DNA of 64,000 nucleotides, taken from Rhodospirillales bacterium. Its GTDB lineage: Bacteria; Pseudomonadota; Alphaproteobacteria; Rhodospirillales; UBA2165. Where the stretch lies: the NCBI GenBank assembly GCA_012960465.1, contig DUBF01000103.1, positions 12,839-76,838 on the forward strand, read 5' to 3'. This document shows, piece by piece, positions 1 to 8,574 of the stretch (position 1 is the first letter of the stretch; each line of letters begins with the position of its first letter). Both the position numbers and the translations under genes were made by a program. Below the pieces are notes generated by a model. That model was not told the origin of the DNA. It searched no databases and was given only the letters and a program-made list of their open reading frames with translations.

Positions 1-203
1 GCACAATGCGGGCAAGTCATAGAGGCATATTCAATAACAGTTATCCCCGCACTATCATTACCGAGGACACGATCAGCCAAAATATATTCAATGGGAAAAA
101 GATTTGTATTGGTGGCTTTATTTTTTGGTTCCGCCGAAATTGTTCCCGTCATTATGAGTGTCACCAGGAGAGCAATGGCTGATAAAATTATATTATTAAT
201 CAT
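1..203 (-). CDS. DsbA-family thiol:disulfide oxidoreductase; only the N-terminal part lies in the window and the gene runs off the left edge
   Basis: Manual minus-strand translation from the ATG at 203..201 gives MINNIILSAIALLVTLIMTGTISAEPKNK...GITVIEYASMTCPHC. This is a signal peptide followed by a thioredoxin-fold CPHC active site. It is absent from the ORF track because it is truncated. Confidence 0.7.
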   Translation of the reverse strand, partial: MINNIILSAIALLVTLIMTGTISAEPKNKATNTNLFPIEYILADRVLGNDSAGITVIEYASMTCPHC

Positions 204-396
204 CTTTACTATATACTTGGGCAAGTTGCGCTCCTCTCTACTACATGTTGATTAATATAAATGGCATTGGTTTAATCAACAAGTCGTGATCGTGTTAAAA
301 AAGATAAAACTGCAAAAAAATTGGGGATAACTCAAAATACAAGAAATTAGGCGTTTATGGAAACTTTAATTAGTTTATTTGTCCTAAAGAATTGCG

Positions 397-873
397 TTAG
401 TCTGTGGTTTTGATTTCCGTTCCAAGGGCACGCAATGCGTTTTTTAGATCTGGATCACTTATAATGTTTAAATCATCATCTAGGGCATTTTTCTCTTTTA
501 CGCTAATTTTCCTCTTTTTTGCAGTTGGCTGGTTGTCTTCATCTGGAATGGTACCTTGACTTATTTTGATGTATTTGACTGCGCGGTATCCAAAATGAGT
601 ATTAATTCTTTCAAGTAATTGAGTTTCGATATGTTGTAACTCTAAGGCTAGAGCGGGACTATCAATACGTAAATGTAAGGTGCCATTACTTCGCTGGTCT
701 CGGGGATAGGTAATTTTTTCTGGAAATGTATGGGCTGCTAATACATCGCCTACGATACTTTTCCAATTTGCGATAACCGTGCCTTGACCAAATCCGCGCT
801 TGCCAAATATCGGCCGAGTTAGTTTTTCAACGGTTGCACTAATACTGCGTGGTTTAAAGCGGGGAATGGTCAT
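397..873 (-). CDS. DUF721 / DciA-like protein
   Basis: 158 aa. The N-terminal pattern (KLTRPIFGKRGFGQGTVIANWKSIVGDVLAAHTFPEKI...GTLHLRIDSPALALELQH) is typical of DUF721. It sits divergent to mutY, as in many alphaproteobacteria. Confidence 0.7.
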   Translation of the reverse strand: MTIPRFKPRSISATVEKLTRPIFGKRGFGQGTVIANWKSIVGDVLAAHTFPEKITYPRDQRSNGTLHLRIDSPALALELQHIETQLLERINTHFGYRAVKYIKISQGTIPDEDNQPTAKKRKISVKEKNALDDDLNIISDPDLKNALRALGTEIKTTD

Positions 874-1004
874 CGTATCCAGACCTTATTTTGTCTGATT
901 TTCATTTATGCTGTTGGGACAGTATGATATGGAAAAGCAAGCATCGCAACAATCGTTTAGAATAAAATTTATTAGACTGACATGAAAAATAAATTGAGAA
1001 TAAG

Positions 1005-2051
1005 TTGTTGAGCAAAGCTGATAAGATACTGGCTTGGTATGGCCAAAATCGCCGTTACTTACCCTGGCGTTCGGCGCCAGGCGTCCGAGCAAATTCCTAT
1101 CATGTATGGCTCAGTGAAATAATGCTTCAGCAAACCACGGTCGTTACTGTTAAACCTTATTTTGAGTATTTTCTTGCGGCATGGCCAAATATAAACGTTC
1201 TTGCAGCCGCTCCGCTGGATGATGTTCTTCATGCGTGGCAGGGACTGGGTTATTACGCTAGAGCACGTAATCTTCATAAATGCGCGAATATTGTCACAGC
1301 TGAATATGACGGGTATTTCCCAGAGGATGAAAAAGATCTTTTGAAGTTACCGGGCATTGGGCCTTATACAGCTGCAGCTATTGCAGCTATTGCTTTTGGC
1401 AAGAAAACCACGCCAGTTGATGGTAATATTGAACGTGTCGTAGCCAGGCTCTTTTCTGTCACGGAACCTATTCCTAAGTCAAAAGCCAAATTGCAAGAAT
1501 TGGCATGTGCAATGACGCCGGATGATCGCGCTGGCGACTACGCCCAAGCACTGATGGATATTGGTGCGACAATATGTATCCCCAAAAAGCCGATGTGTGA
1601 TTTGTGCCCCCTGTCAGGTGAATGTAAGGCAGAAGCTAAGGGTATAGTAGGAGATTTACCAGTTCGAGCGCCCAAGAGGAATAAGCCGACGCGGGTTGGC
1701 ATCATCTTTTGGCTTTCTAATAATAAAGGCGAGATACTTCTTCGTCGTCGTCCCGAAAAAGGCCTTCTTGGAGGTATGATAGAGCTACCGTCATCTGACT
1801 GGCAGGAAAATCGTTCCCCTTTAAAAAAAATATTTAAAAATGCTCCAGCTAAAGTTGCCTGGCAATTACTGCCGGGAAAAGTAAGGCATACATTTACCCA
1901 TTTTCATTTGGAATTAGAGGTCGCTACGGGCAAATGTCTAGAGCCAGAATTAATAAAAGGAATTTGGAGTAATGCCTCTAATTTTGGGAATTATGCTCTT
2001 CCGACAGTTATGAAGAAGGTCGCAGCGCATGCTCTTAAATATAAAAATTAG
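1005..2051 (+). CDS. mutY: A/G-specific adenine DNA glycosylase MutY
   Basis: 348 aa. It has the LPWR N-terminus, the HhH-GPD region (LPGIGPYTAAAI), the 4Fe-4S loop C-x6-C-x2-C-x5-C (CIPKKPMCDLCPLSGEC) and a NUDIX-like C-terminal domain. The start appears to be TTG. Confidence 0.9.
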   Translation: MLSKADKILAWYGQNRRYLPWRSAPGVRANSYHVWLSEIMLQQTTVVTVKPYFEYFLAAWPNINVLAAAPLDDVLHAWQGLGYYARARNLHKCANIVTAEYDGYFPEDEKDLLKLPGIGPYTAAAIAAIAFGKKTTPVDGNIERVVARLFSVTEPIPKSKAKLQELACAMTPDDRAGDYAQALMDIGATICIPKKPMCDLCPLSGECKAEAKGIVGDLPVRAPKRNKPTRVGIIFWLSNNKGEILLRRRPEKGLLGGMIELPSSDWQENRSPLKKIFKNAPAKVAWQLLPGKVRHTFTHFHLELEVATGKCLEPELIKGIWSNASNFGNYALPTVMKKVAAHALKYKN

Positions 2052-3934
2052 CCCCAAATCCTTTGACTTTGGTTTAATGTAATACCAACCCTTGAGGCGT
2101 TCTCCTGGGTGGATTTACCGTAACCCGAAGAATTTTGTGAGATCAAAATACTTTGAATCAGGGTGTTGGATCGCGCCGCTAATAAAGTAAAATCAAATTG
2201 TGCTATGGTGTACTCTAACTGTCTTGCGAGAAGCTCCGCACGGGCCTCATCTTGTATATCTTCGATTAAATCCCTAATTTCTTTTCCCATACCATCAATT
2301 TGAGAGCTAAAAATGCTGGCTCGTGACTCTAAAGTTGAGCGGTCTTGTAAAAAATTAGCTTCAGTAGTTAAAACGAGAGCCTCCGCAGCATCCAAAGCAT
2401 CTCTAGCTTGATTAATTGAGGGTTGGGTTTCAAAATTTTTATAGATCCATGCATCAAGCAGTGCAAGACCACCGCCGGTCACAATTCCATCGATATCACC
2501 GCCTCCAAGGCCCGTTGAGGTTATATTACCAGCCCCATCCGTAGCCGGCGTTATACTGATGTTTATTACATAATCGCCCTCGCCATCCCTATCGTTACCA
2601 GCAGTGTCAAATTTATTGTAGTTATAGGCCCTCATTCTCACGTAATACACACCATCTGCCTGAACCTCTTTCTCAATATAGGTGTCATATGCACTTGCGC
2701 CCGTGCTGCCACCGCCACCCAGCGTAACATCGCCATCGTCATCATTGAATCCTGGCGTACCATCAGCAGTGTAAACTGCTGGATCACCCGAATTCAATGT
2801 TCGATCAGTTGCTACCTTCGCGCCGGCTTCATCAAAAAAATCTAAGAAGGAGTCAAAGTTGTTGCTCATTCCGCTGCCATAATCAACGTCGAACGTTAGT
2901 TTCTCACCTCTTTGCAGGTCAAACTTAAACCAATCATAATCTTGGGTTGACAAGGTAGTGCCTACGGGGTTTGCAATTGTACCTGTAATAGATGTCCATT
3001 GTAGGTCTATGTCATCCCCGTCTCCTTCTACACCATTAGGGCCCGCACTGCCGACGTCTGTATTCGAAGCATCAAGTTTAAAAGCCTGCCGAGCCTGATG
3101 TTGAGCATTTTCCATGCTATTATTGGGTTCATCATCCATCATACGTTGTGAGTATCCACCGAGTGTAAAATTAATAACACCGGTCGAATCGTCGTAGCTA
3201 TTAACGCGTAATGTTTCTACGGTCTCGTATTGCCCTGTTCTGGTGTTGGTCGAGTAATTCGAGTACTCAGTCAGAGTGCCTGCTTGGGATTCGTACTTCA
3301 AAGTATTAGTATCTGAATTCCAGAAGTCGCCGCTGCCATCCTCGGTAATATAATAATCTGTTCCCAGGTAAACCCCATCAATTCGCATAAGGTCGCCCAC
3401 GTCAGAGCTATAGGGAGCGTAAAGGTTTTGTGTTTTAAACGACTCTCGAAACTCAGTATTAATGAGATTTTTTGGAGTAAAAACATTACCTTCTTTGATG
3501 ATGCCACCCGCCGCACGAGATGATAATTGGATTCTTCTCAGTATGTTGTCCCACTCTTCGGCAGTCTCCACCGCCGTCAGATCACCGTTCTCTAGAAAAG
3601 TTAAACGTTTTCGGAGATAGTCGATATGGTTCCGGATATCATTGATTTGTGCTAGCGACTTACTAACAACAGTAATCGCCTCGTTTATACCATCTTTACG
3701 GCTAATTAGGAGCGACTGATTTTTTTGTAAGTGGTCTGACAGAGCTGTTGAAGGTGCACTGTTTAGGTGTGCAAGTGCTTTATCAATGCGCGACGCCATA
3801 ATATTTTGCACGCTAGCGGCAGCTTGGTTTTTGGCTAAGCTACCTATGTTCAATAGAGCCTGATCAATACGGCTCACACCACCGGTGAGGGCGCCAACAA
3901 TCGAGTTTGTCCTATTAAATTCATCAAGCTGCAT
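2048..3934 (-). CDS. Flagellin/FlgL-like helical N- and C-termini flanking a large Gly/Asp/Thr-rich insert that contains a PPC (pre-peptidase C-terminal) type domain
   Basis: The ORF spans 2048..3961. I prefer the ATG at 3934 because an AGGAGG lies 10 nt upstream. Terminal helices match flagellin-like patterns (SRKDGINEA...LAQINDIRNHIDYLRKRL; RSTLESRASIFSSQIDGMGKEIRDLIEDIQDEARAELLARQ). The central segment DYDWFKFDLQRGEKLTFDV...GVYYVRMRAY...GDYVINISI is PPC-like. Confidence 0.45.
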   Translation of the reverse strand: MQLDEFNRTNSIVGALTGGVSRIDQALLNIGSLAKNQAAASVQNIMASRIDKALAHLNSAPSTALSDHLQKNQSLLISRKDGINEAITVVSKSLAQINDIRNHIDYLRKRLTFLENGDLTAVETAEEWDNILRRIQLSSRAAGGIIKEGNVFTPKNLINTEFRESFKTQNLYAPYSSDVGDLMRIDGVYLGTDYYITEDGSGDFWNSDTNTLKYESQAGTLTEYSNYSTNTRTGQYETVETLRVNSYDDSTGVINFTLGGYSQRMMDDEPNNSMENAQHQARQAFKLDASNTDVGSAGPNGVEGDGDDIDLQWTSITGTIANPVGTTLSTQDYDWFKFDLQRGEKLTFDVDYGSGMSNNFDSFLDFFDEAGAKVATDRTLNSGDPAVYTADGTPGFNDDDGDVTLGGGGSTGASAYDTYIEKEVQADGVYYVRMRAYNYNKFDTAGNDRDGEGDYVINISITPATDGAGNITSTGLGGGDIDGIVTGGGLALLDAWIYKNFETQPSINQARDALDAAEALVLTTEANFLQDRSTLESRASIFSSQIDGMGKEIRDLIEDIQDEARAELLARQLEYTIAQFDFTLLAARSNTLIQSILISQNSSGYGKSTQENASRVGITLNQSQRIWG

Positions 3935-4315
3935 TGCCACCGACCTCCTGTCGGAATTCAATACTTAAAAACTTGAATCCTGGATTTCACGCCCAGAACT
4001 CACATATAACGACAATTTCTATCGCCGTTTTTCTACAACACCCTTTGCAGGCTTTAACTTTATATTTTAACTGTTTATTAGTGTATTTCTTTGAAAACAT
4101 CAAGAATTCGTAATAATAATACAAAAAATGGCCAAATACCGGTATATAACTAGCGATTTTAATAGTGGTATTTAACGCGATATTGGAATTTTTGAGTAAT
4201 ATTACCGAATCGTTAAATTCTAAGATATTGGAATGAAATTTATTTTAGAGGTGCTTATCTACGCTTATATCGTTAGGGTTAAATAAAAATATACACTGAA
4301 ATGGGATAAATTTAT

Positions 4316-5362
4316 ATGTTACGAGAGAATTTAGAAGCAAAATGGATTGACTGTTTTGAGAAAAGTTTTCTCCTAAGCGGTGTTGCCTCCGGCGATATGG
4401 TTGCTATTTTATCTGAATCACAATCTCGTCAAGTACTGGTTGATCTATCGGAGCATGCTTTATTGCGGATTGGTGCAAAACCAATACATATGAAAGTACC
4501 ATCACCCAAATTAAAAGATCCTGTTCCAGTCCGTTCGACCGGATCCTGCTACGCGATGGAAGGGTACGATACCATGCTTCCGGCACTTGCTGCTTGTGAT
4601 CTCATTATTGATTGTACTGTTGAGGGCATGCTGCATTCTAAAGAGTTGCAAACAATTCTTGGAGCAGGGGGTCGTCTATTAATGATATCTAATGAGCATC
4701 CTGAGGTGTTAGAGCGTTGCATGCCAGACCCCGCCTTAAAACCCAAAGTTGAGAAAAGTCTGGAACTTCTTGATAAAGCAAAATTTATGCAAGTTACATC
4801 TCTGGCTGGTACAAATTTAAAAGTTGAAATCAAAGATGCGCCATGCCGAGCGGGCGCAGGGTATTTATCGCCGGGGGATAAAGTCGCCTACTGGCCGGCT
4901 GGTTTGGCGTTATTTTTCCCCGTGAAAAATACCGTTAATGGAAGTGTTGTTCTAAATACAGGCGATGTAAATTTAACATTCAAGCGTTATTTTGAATCCC
5001 CAGTCACACTGGTAATCGAAAATGATTTTGTCACATCAATTGAAGGAACGGGTCTTGATGCGGATTTGATGCGTTCTTATTATTCGGGTTGGGAAGATCC
5101 TAATGCCTATGGAATTTCTCACGTTGGTTGGGGGTTAAATCCGGGTGCACGCTGGGATGCCTTGGTGATGTATGATAAACAACATGTGAATTGTACCGAA
5201 TTACGAGCTTTTGCTGGAAATTTTTTAATTTCGACGGGCGCAAACGAGTTTGCGGAGCGCTACACCAACTGTCATTTTGATTTACCGATGCGCAACTGCT
5301 CAATTTTTTTGGATGATCAGGAAATTATTAAGTCAGGAGAGTTAGTTGGCCCGTTAGCCTGA
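4316..5362 (+). CDS. NicX-like protein (2,5-dihydroxypyridine 5,6-dioxygenase / aminopeptidase-T-like fold family)
   Basis: 348 aa. The C-terminal half (GISHVGWGLNPGARW...RAFAGNFLISTGAN...NCHFDLPMRNCSIFLDDQ) closely follows my recollection of Pseudomonas putida NicX (GISHIGWGLQPRAQW...RAFYGNFLFSTGPN...PCHLDIPLRNCDIYLDDK). Confidence 0.6.
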   Translation: MLRENLEAKWIDCFEKSFLLSGVASGDMVAILSESQSRQVLVDLSEHALLRIGAKPIHMKVPSPKLKDPVPVRSTGSCYAMEGYDTMLPALAACDLIIDCTVEGMLHSKELQTILGAGGRLLMISNEHPEVLERCMPDPALKPKVEKSLELLDKAKFMQVTSLAGTNLKVEIKDAPCRAGAGYLSPGDKVAYWPAGLALFFPVKNTVNGSVVLNTGDVNLTFKRYFESPVTLVIENDFVTSIEGTGLDADLMRSYYSGWEDPNAYGISHVGWGLNPGARWDALVMYDKQHVNCTELRAFAGNFLISTGANEFAERYTNCHFDLPMRNCSIFLDDQEIIKSGELVGPLA

Positions 5363-5437
5363 TATTCTCAAAATTATCAAACTTCTAAATTAACAACGTT
5401 GCCCCATTAATTTTTGATCTAAAGGAATCATTATCTA

Positions 5438-5719
5438 ATGTTATTTGCAATTTATATGCTCGATAAACCAGATAGCGTTGAATTACGCGCTCAAACTGGT
5501 AAATCTCATGCGGCTTACATGGCTGCAAATGAGACCGGTATGCGCATGGGTGGACCCCTTTTTGCAGATGATCACAAAACGATGATCGGAAGTGTTGTCA
5601 TAAAGGATTTTACCGATCGATCAGCAGCAGAAGAATTTATTTCTAATGAGCCGTTTAATAAGGCGGGTTTATTTGAGACGGTGTTGATTAATCCGTTCAG
5701 TGCATTCGTCGATAAATAA
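5438..5719 (+). CDS. YciI-like (YCII-related) small protein
   Basis: 93 aa with the typical YciI layout: MLFAIY..., then GPLFADD...IGSVVI.DF.....AEEF...EPF..AGLFE. Confidence 0.7.
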   Translation: MLFAIYMLDKPDSVELRAQTGKSHAAYMAANETGMRMGGPLFADDHKTMIGSVVIKDFTDRSAAEEFISNEPFNKAGLFETVLINPFSAFVDK

Positions 5720-5958
5720 CACTCTATTTTACTAAATAATCTAGGAGAAGGATCGGTGAAAGACTTACGAATCGTGATTTCTGGTGGCAGTTCTTTAAGA
5801 TTGTACTTAGCTGCCGAATTTAGTTGGCGCGACGATAATCCGCCTAATAATCCTTATCTGTTTTTTCGTATTATACCAAGCTAGGTGCCTACTATTTGCT
5901 AATTCGCGGCGGAACCACGGAATTTATAATTTTTATCTGATAGAAAGTTGATAATGAT

Positions 5959-6285
5959 TTAGTCCTTAAAATTTGCAGTAAAACCAGCATCTGTGCCGTC
6001 ATAGTTACCGTGTTGATCAATAGGTTTTTTTTGTTTTTTAGGTGTTTGATTTGGCTTTACAGAATTTCCAATTGATTTGGACGTAAACCCTGCGTCAGTG
6101 CCGTCATAGTTACCATGTTTATTTATTGGTTTTGCTTGGGTATTAGATTTTTTAATTCTTTTAAGGTAGTTTACATCCTTTAGAGTAAGACCTAAGATTT
6201 TGCGAGCGTAGGCTGTCGCATAGACGCTATTTCGATTTTTCATTAAAACTACCTTTTTTCTACCCATATTGAAACTCATGATCAA
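5959..6285 (-). CDS. Small basic hypothetical protein with an internal tandem repeat
   Basis: 108 aa; the start is uncertain (TTG at 6285 or ATG at 6267). There are two copies of KPI(N/D)(K/Q)HGNYDGTDAGFT separated by a Lys/Pro-rich linker. The repeat is also visible at DNA level. Confidence 0.45.
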   Translation of the reverse strand: MIMSFNMGRKKVVLMKNRNSVYATAYARKILGLTLKDVNYLKRIKKSNTQAKPINKHGNYDGTDAGFTSKSIGNSVKPNQTPKKQKKPIDQHGNYDGTDAGFTANFKD

Positions 6286-6422
6286 ATTGCCATCGCACCT
6301 TGTTATGGTAATTTTGATTTACAGTGTAATTTTAACCGAATAATTTAAATATAGACATACGATATTTTGCGGAATTTAGTCTATAGATTACCTAAATTAT
6401 TTTACGTACGATAGAAAGTTTT

Positions 6423-7241
6423 ATGATTAAAAATATTATCAAGATTATTTTTATTTCTCTTTTTGTGTGCTTTCCTGGTGATAGTAATGCAGAAACACGC
6501 TTTATCACGCTGGCATCTACCACTTCCACTGAGAATTCTGGTCTGTTCGATAAAATACTGCCTATCTTCGAAAAAAAAAAAGGTATTGAGGTTCGCGTAG
6601 TTGCCGTAGGAACAGGTCAGGCTTTGCGTATAGCGCAAAATGGTGACGCTGATGTCTTGCTTGTCCATCACAAACCGTCAGAATTGGATTTTGTTGCAAA
6701 AGGTTTTGGTGTTAAGCGTTTTGATGTGATGTACAATGACTTTATTATTGTTGGCCCAAAAAATGATCCAGCGAAAATAAATAAGATTAAGAAAGTGACT
6801 GACGTTTTTTCCCGTATTGCTGCCTCGAATAGTAATTTTGTATCAAGGGGCGACAATTCAGGTACCCATAAGCGTGAACAGTTACTTTGGCAGTCTGTAC
6901 CCATTGATCCAACAAAAAATACTGGGGAGTGGTATCAGGAAGTTGGTGCAGGTATGGGAGCAAGTTTGAATATCGCTTCTGCTAAAGCATCGTATACCCT
7001 TTCAGATCGAGGAACTTGGTTGAGTTTTAGAAATAAAGCGGATTTGACTGTTTTGTTTGAAGGAGACAAAAATTTACTGAACCCCTATGGGATTATTTTA
7101 GTAAATCCAAATAAATTTGGTCACATAAAGGCTAAAGATGGTCAAATATTTATTAATTGGCTAGTTTCTAAAGAGGGTCAAAAAGCCATAGATAACTATA
7201 GGATTGATGGTAAACAGTTATTTTTTTCTAACGCTAATTAG
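6423..7241 (+). CDS. Periplasmic oxyanion-binding protein, TupA-like (tungstate/molybdate type PBP)
   Basis: 272 aa with a signal peptide (MIKNIIKIIFISLFVCFPGDSNAE). It has the TTSTENSGL motif and an overall PBP-like-2 pattern (VVAVGTGQALRIAQNGDADVLLVHHKPSE). No permease or ATPase gene is adjacent. Confidence 0.55.
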   Translation: MIKNIIKIIFISLFVCFPGDSNAETRFITLASTTSTENSGLFDKILPIFEKKKGIEVRVVAVGTGQALRIAQNGDADVLLVHHKPSELDFVAKGFGVKRFDVMYNDFIIVGPKNDPAKINKIKKVTDVFSRIAASNSNFVSRGDNSGTHKREQLLWQSVPIDPTKNTGEWYQEVGAGMGASLNIASAKASYTLSDRGTWLSFRNKADLTVLFEGDKNLLNPYGIILVNPNKFGHIKAKDGQIFINWLVSKEGQKAIDNYRIDGKQLFFSNAN

Positions 7242-7511
7242 TTTATAATGACTGCTTATGGCTAAAAGCGGACCCTTTGGCGTAAGAAATTTATGTCCGC
7301 TTTCGGGTGAATAGCGGACATCGTCGTGAATGATGACGAACTGCACGAACGGCACGCGCATTTGAAAAATATCCCACCAAATCCTATTAAATCTCGGGAT
7401 ATTCCGGAAAAGTGTTTGCTGCGACAAACATTAATTTATATATGGATACAGATATGGGTATGACAAAGACAAAAAAATAACCCATTGAAAAAAAGGGATA
7501 TTTATTGTATG

Positions 7512-7588
7512 TGGCTGGGGCGGGAGGATTCGAACCTCCGAATGCCGGCATCAAAAGCCGGTGCCTTAGGCCACTTGGCTACGCCCCA
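7512..7588 (-). tRNA. tRNA-Gln (anticodon UUG)
   Basis: The reverse complement folds as a cloverleaf: acceptor TGGGGCG/CGCCCCA, anticodon stem CCGGC/GCCGG with loop TTTTGAT (UUG), T arm GGAGG-TTCGAAT-CCTCC, and an encoded CCA end. Confidence 0.9.
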
Positions 7589-7678
7589 AAATATTCTTCA
7601 AACGGCTATAAAGCAGCGAGTTTAACGAATGGCGCGCAATCTACGAAACTTCGTCTTAAGACGCAAGAGCAGCGGCGT

Positions 7679-8569
7679 CTATAAATTGATTTTTGTTGGT
7701 TCAATTTTGGAATGAAGAGATATAGCTTTTACCCACCACTTTGGATGTTGAGCTTGCAGTTCTCTAGTAGCAGCATTCGCAGCAATTTTTGTTTCAAATA
7801 AAGCAAAACAGGTTGCGCCACTGCCAGATAATCGAGTTAGAAGTTGGCCTTCTGTTGCCTCAACTGCTTCTAAGACTTCCTGTATAATGGGAGCCACTCG
7901 TATGGCTGCTGAAGTGAGGTCATTCCGATAATCAGATAAAGTGTTAGCTAATTCCTTGGCACTCTGTGGCTTTTCTTTGAAAGGTTGAGTAATTGAAAAT
8001 TTCTCCTGATATTTAGCAAAAACCTCGGCTGTTGAGACCGACTTGTTTGGGTTCACCAATACCGCCCACAACTTTGGTAATTTTATTCCGCAAATTATTG
8101 TTTCGCCAACACCAGTTACGATAGAGGTAAAGCCTTTTAAACAGACAGGTACGTCTGCGCCCAATTTTTCAGCTAGACCAAGTAGGTCTCTGGCCGATGC
8201 TGAGACACCCCAGAGTTCCGATAGCGCGTATAACGTTGCAGCGGCATCTGCAGAGCCACCGCCAATCCCAGAAGCTACAGGTAATTCTTTAGTTAGTATA
8301 ATATCTGCATTTGCTGCGATTCCGGCAAATTTTGCTAGATGTTGGGCAGCCTTGACTACCAAATTATCACTATTTGTGGAAAGATCTTCTGAAAATGGTC
8401 CATCAATAGTTAACCTGAATTCATTTGATGGGGCAACTGATACTTGGTCACCACAATCAGCAAAAGCGACTAAGCTTTCTAACAAATGGTAACCATCATC
8501 GCGTTTACCAGTAATATGGAGGTATAAATTTATCTTTGCTGGGGCAAAGAAAGAAATATTTTGGGGCAA
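7679..8569 (-). CDS. ispE: 4-diphosphocytidyl-2-C-methyl-D-erythritol kinase
   Basis: 296 aa. It has the APAKINLYLHITGKRDDGYH N-terminus and the GHMP kinase motif PVASGIGGGSADAAA. Confidence 0.9.
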   Translation of the reverse strand: MPQNISFFAPAKINLYLHITGKRDDGYHLLESLVAFADCGDQVSVAPSNEFRLTIDGPFSEDLSTNSDNLVVKAAQHLAKFAGIAANADIILTKELPVASGIGGGSADAAATLYALSELWGVSASARDLLGLAEKLGADVPVCLKGFTSIVTGVGETIICGIKLPKLWAVLVNPNKSVSTAEVFAKYQEKFSITQPFKEKPQSAKELANTLSDYRNDLTSAAIRVAPIIQEVLEAVEATEGQLLTRLSGSGATCFALFETKIAANAATRELQAQHPKWWVKAISLHSKIEPTKINL

Positions 8570-8574
8570 ATTAG

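Noticed and set aside
247-280. 9-bp perfect inverted repeat GTTGATTAA-N16-TTAATCAAC between the DUF721 and dsbA-like genes
   Set aside because: It could be an operator or a weak terminator. However, it is AT-rich and short and has no flanking T-run, so it is not distinguishable from chance in this AT-rich DNA.
886-1277. Two minus-strand ORFs (886..1092 and 1059..1277) around the mutY start
   Set aside because: They overlap the mutY coding sequence or its promoter region, are Cys/Ile-rich, and lack an RBS or any family resemblance.
5756-5884. 42-aa GTG ORF (VKDLRIVISGGSSLRLYLAAEFSWRDDNPPNNPYLFFRIIPS) preceded by AGGAGAAGG
   Set aside because: The RBS is attractive and the N-terminus looks like the start of a PP-loop or Rossmann protein, so it may be a gene fragment. 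It is too short and unsupported to call as a feature.
7218-7427. 69-aa minus-strand ORF between the TupA-like gene and tRNA-Gln
   Set aside because: It overlaps the end of the TupA-like CDS and the hairpin element, and I recognise no motif.
7640-7678. Palindrome CGTCTTAAGACG just downstream of ispE as a terminator
   Set aside because: The stem is short, has a bulge, and is followed by only a three-T run on the minus strand. That is insufficient to call a terminator.
8043-8492. 149-aa ORF on the plus strand
   Set aside because: It is entirely antisense to the well-supported ispE gene. Its Ala/Pro/Ser-rich low-complexity translation is typical of a shadow frame.
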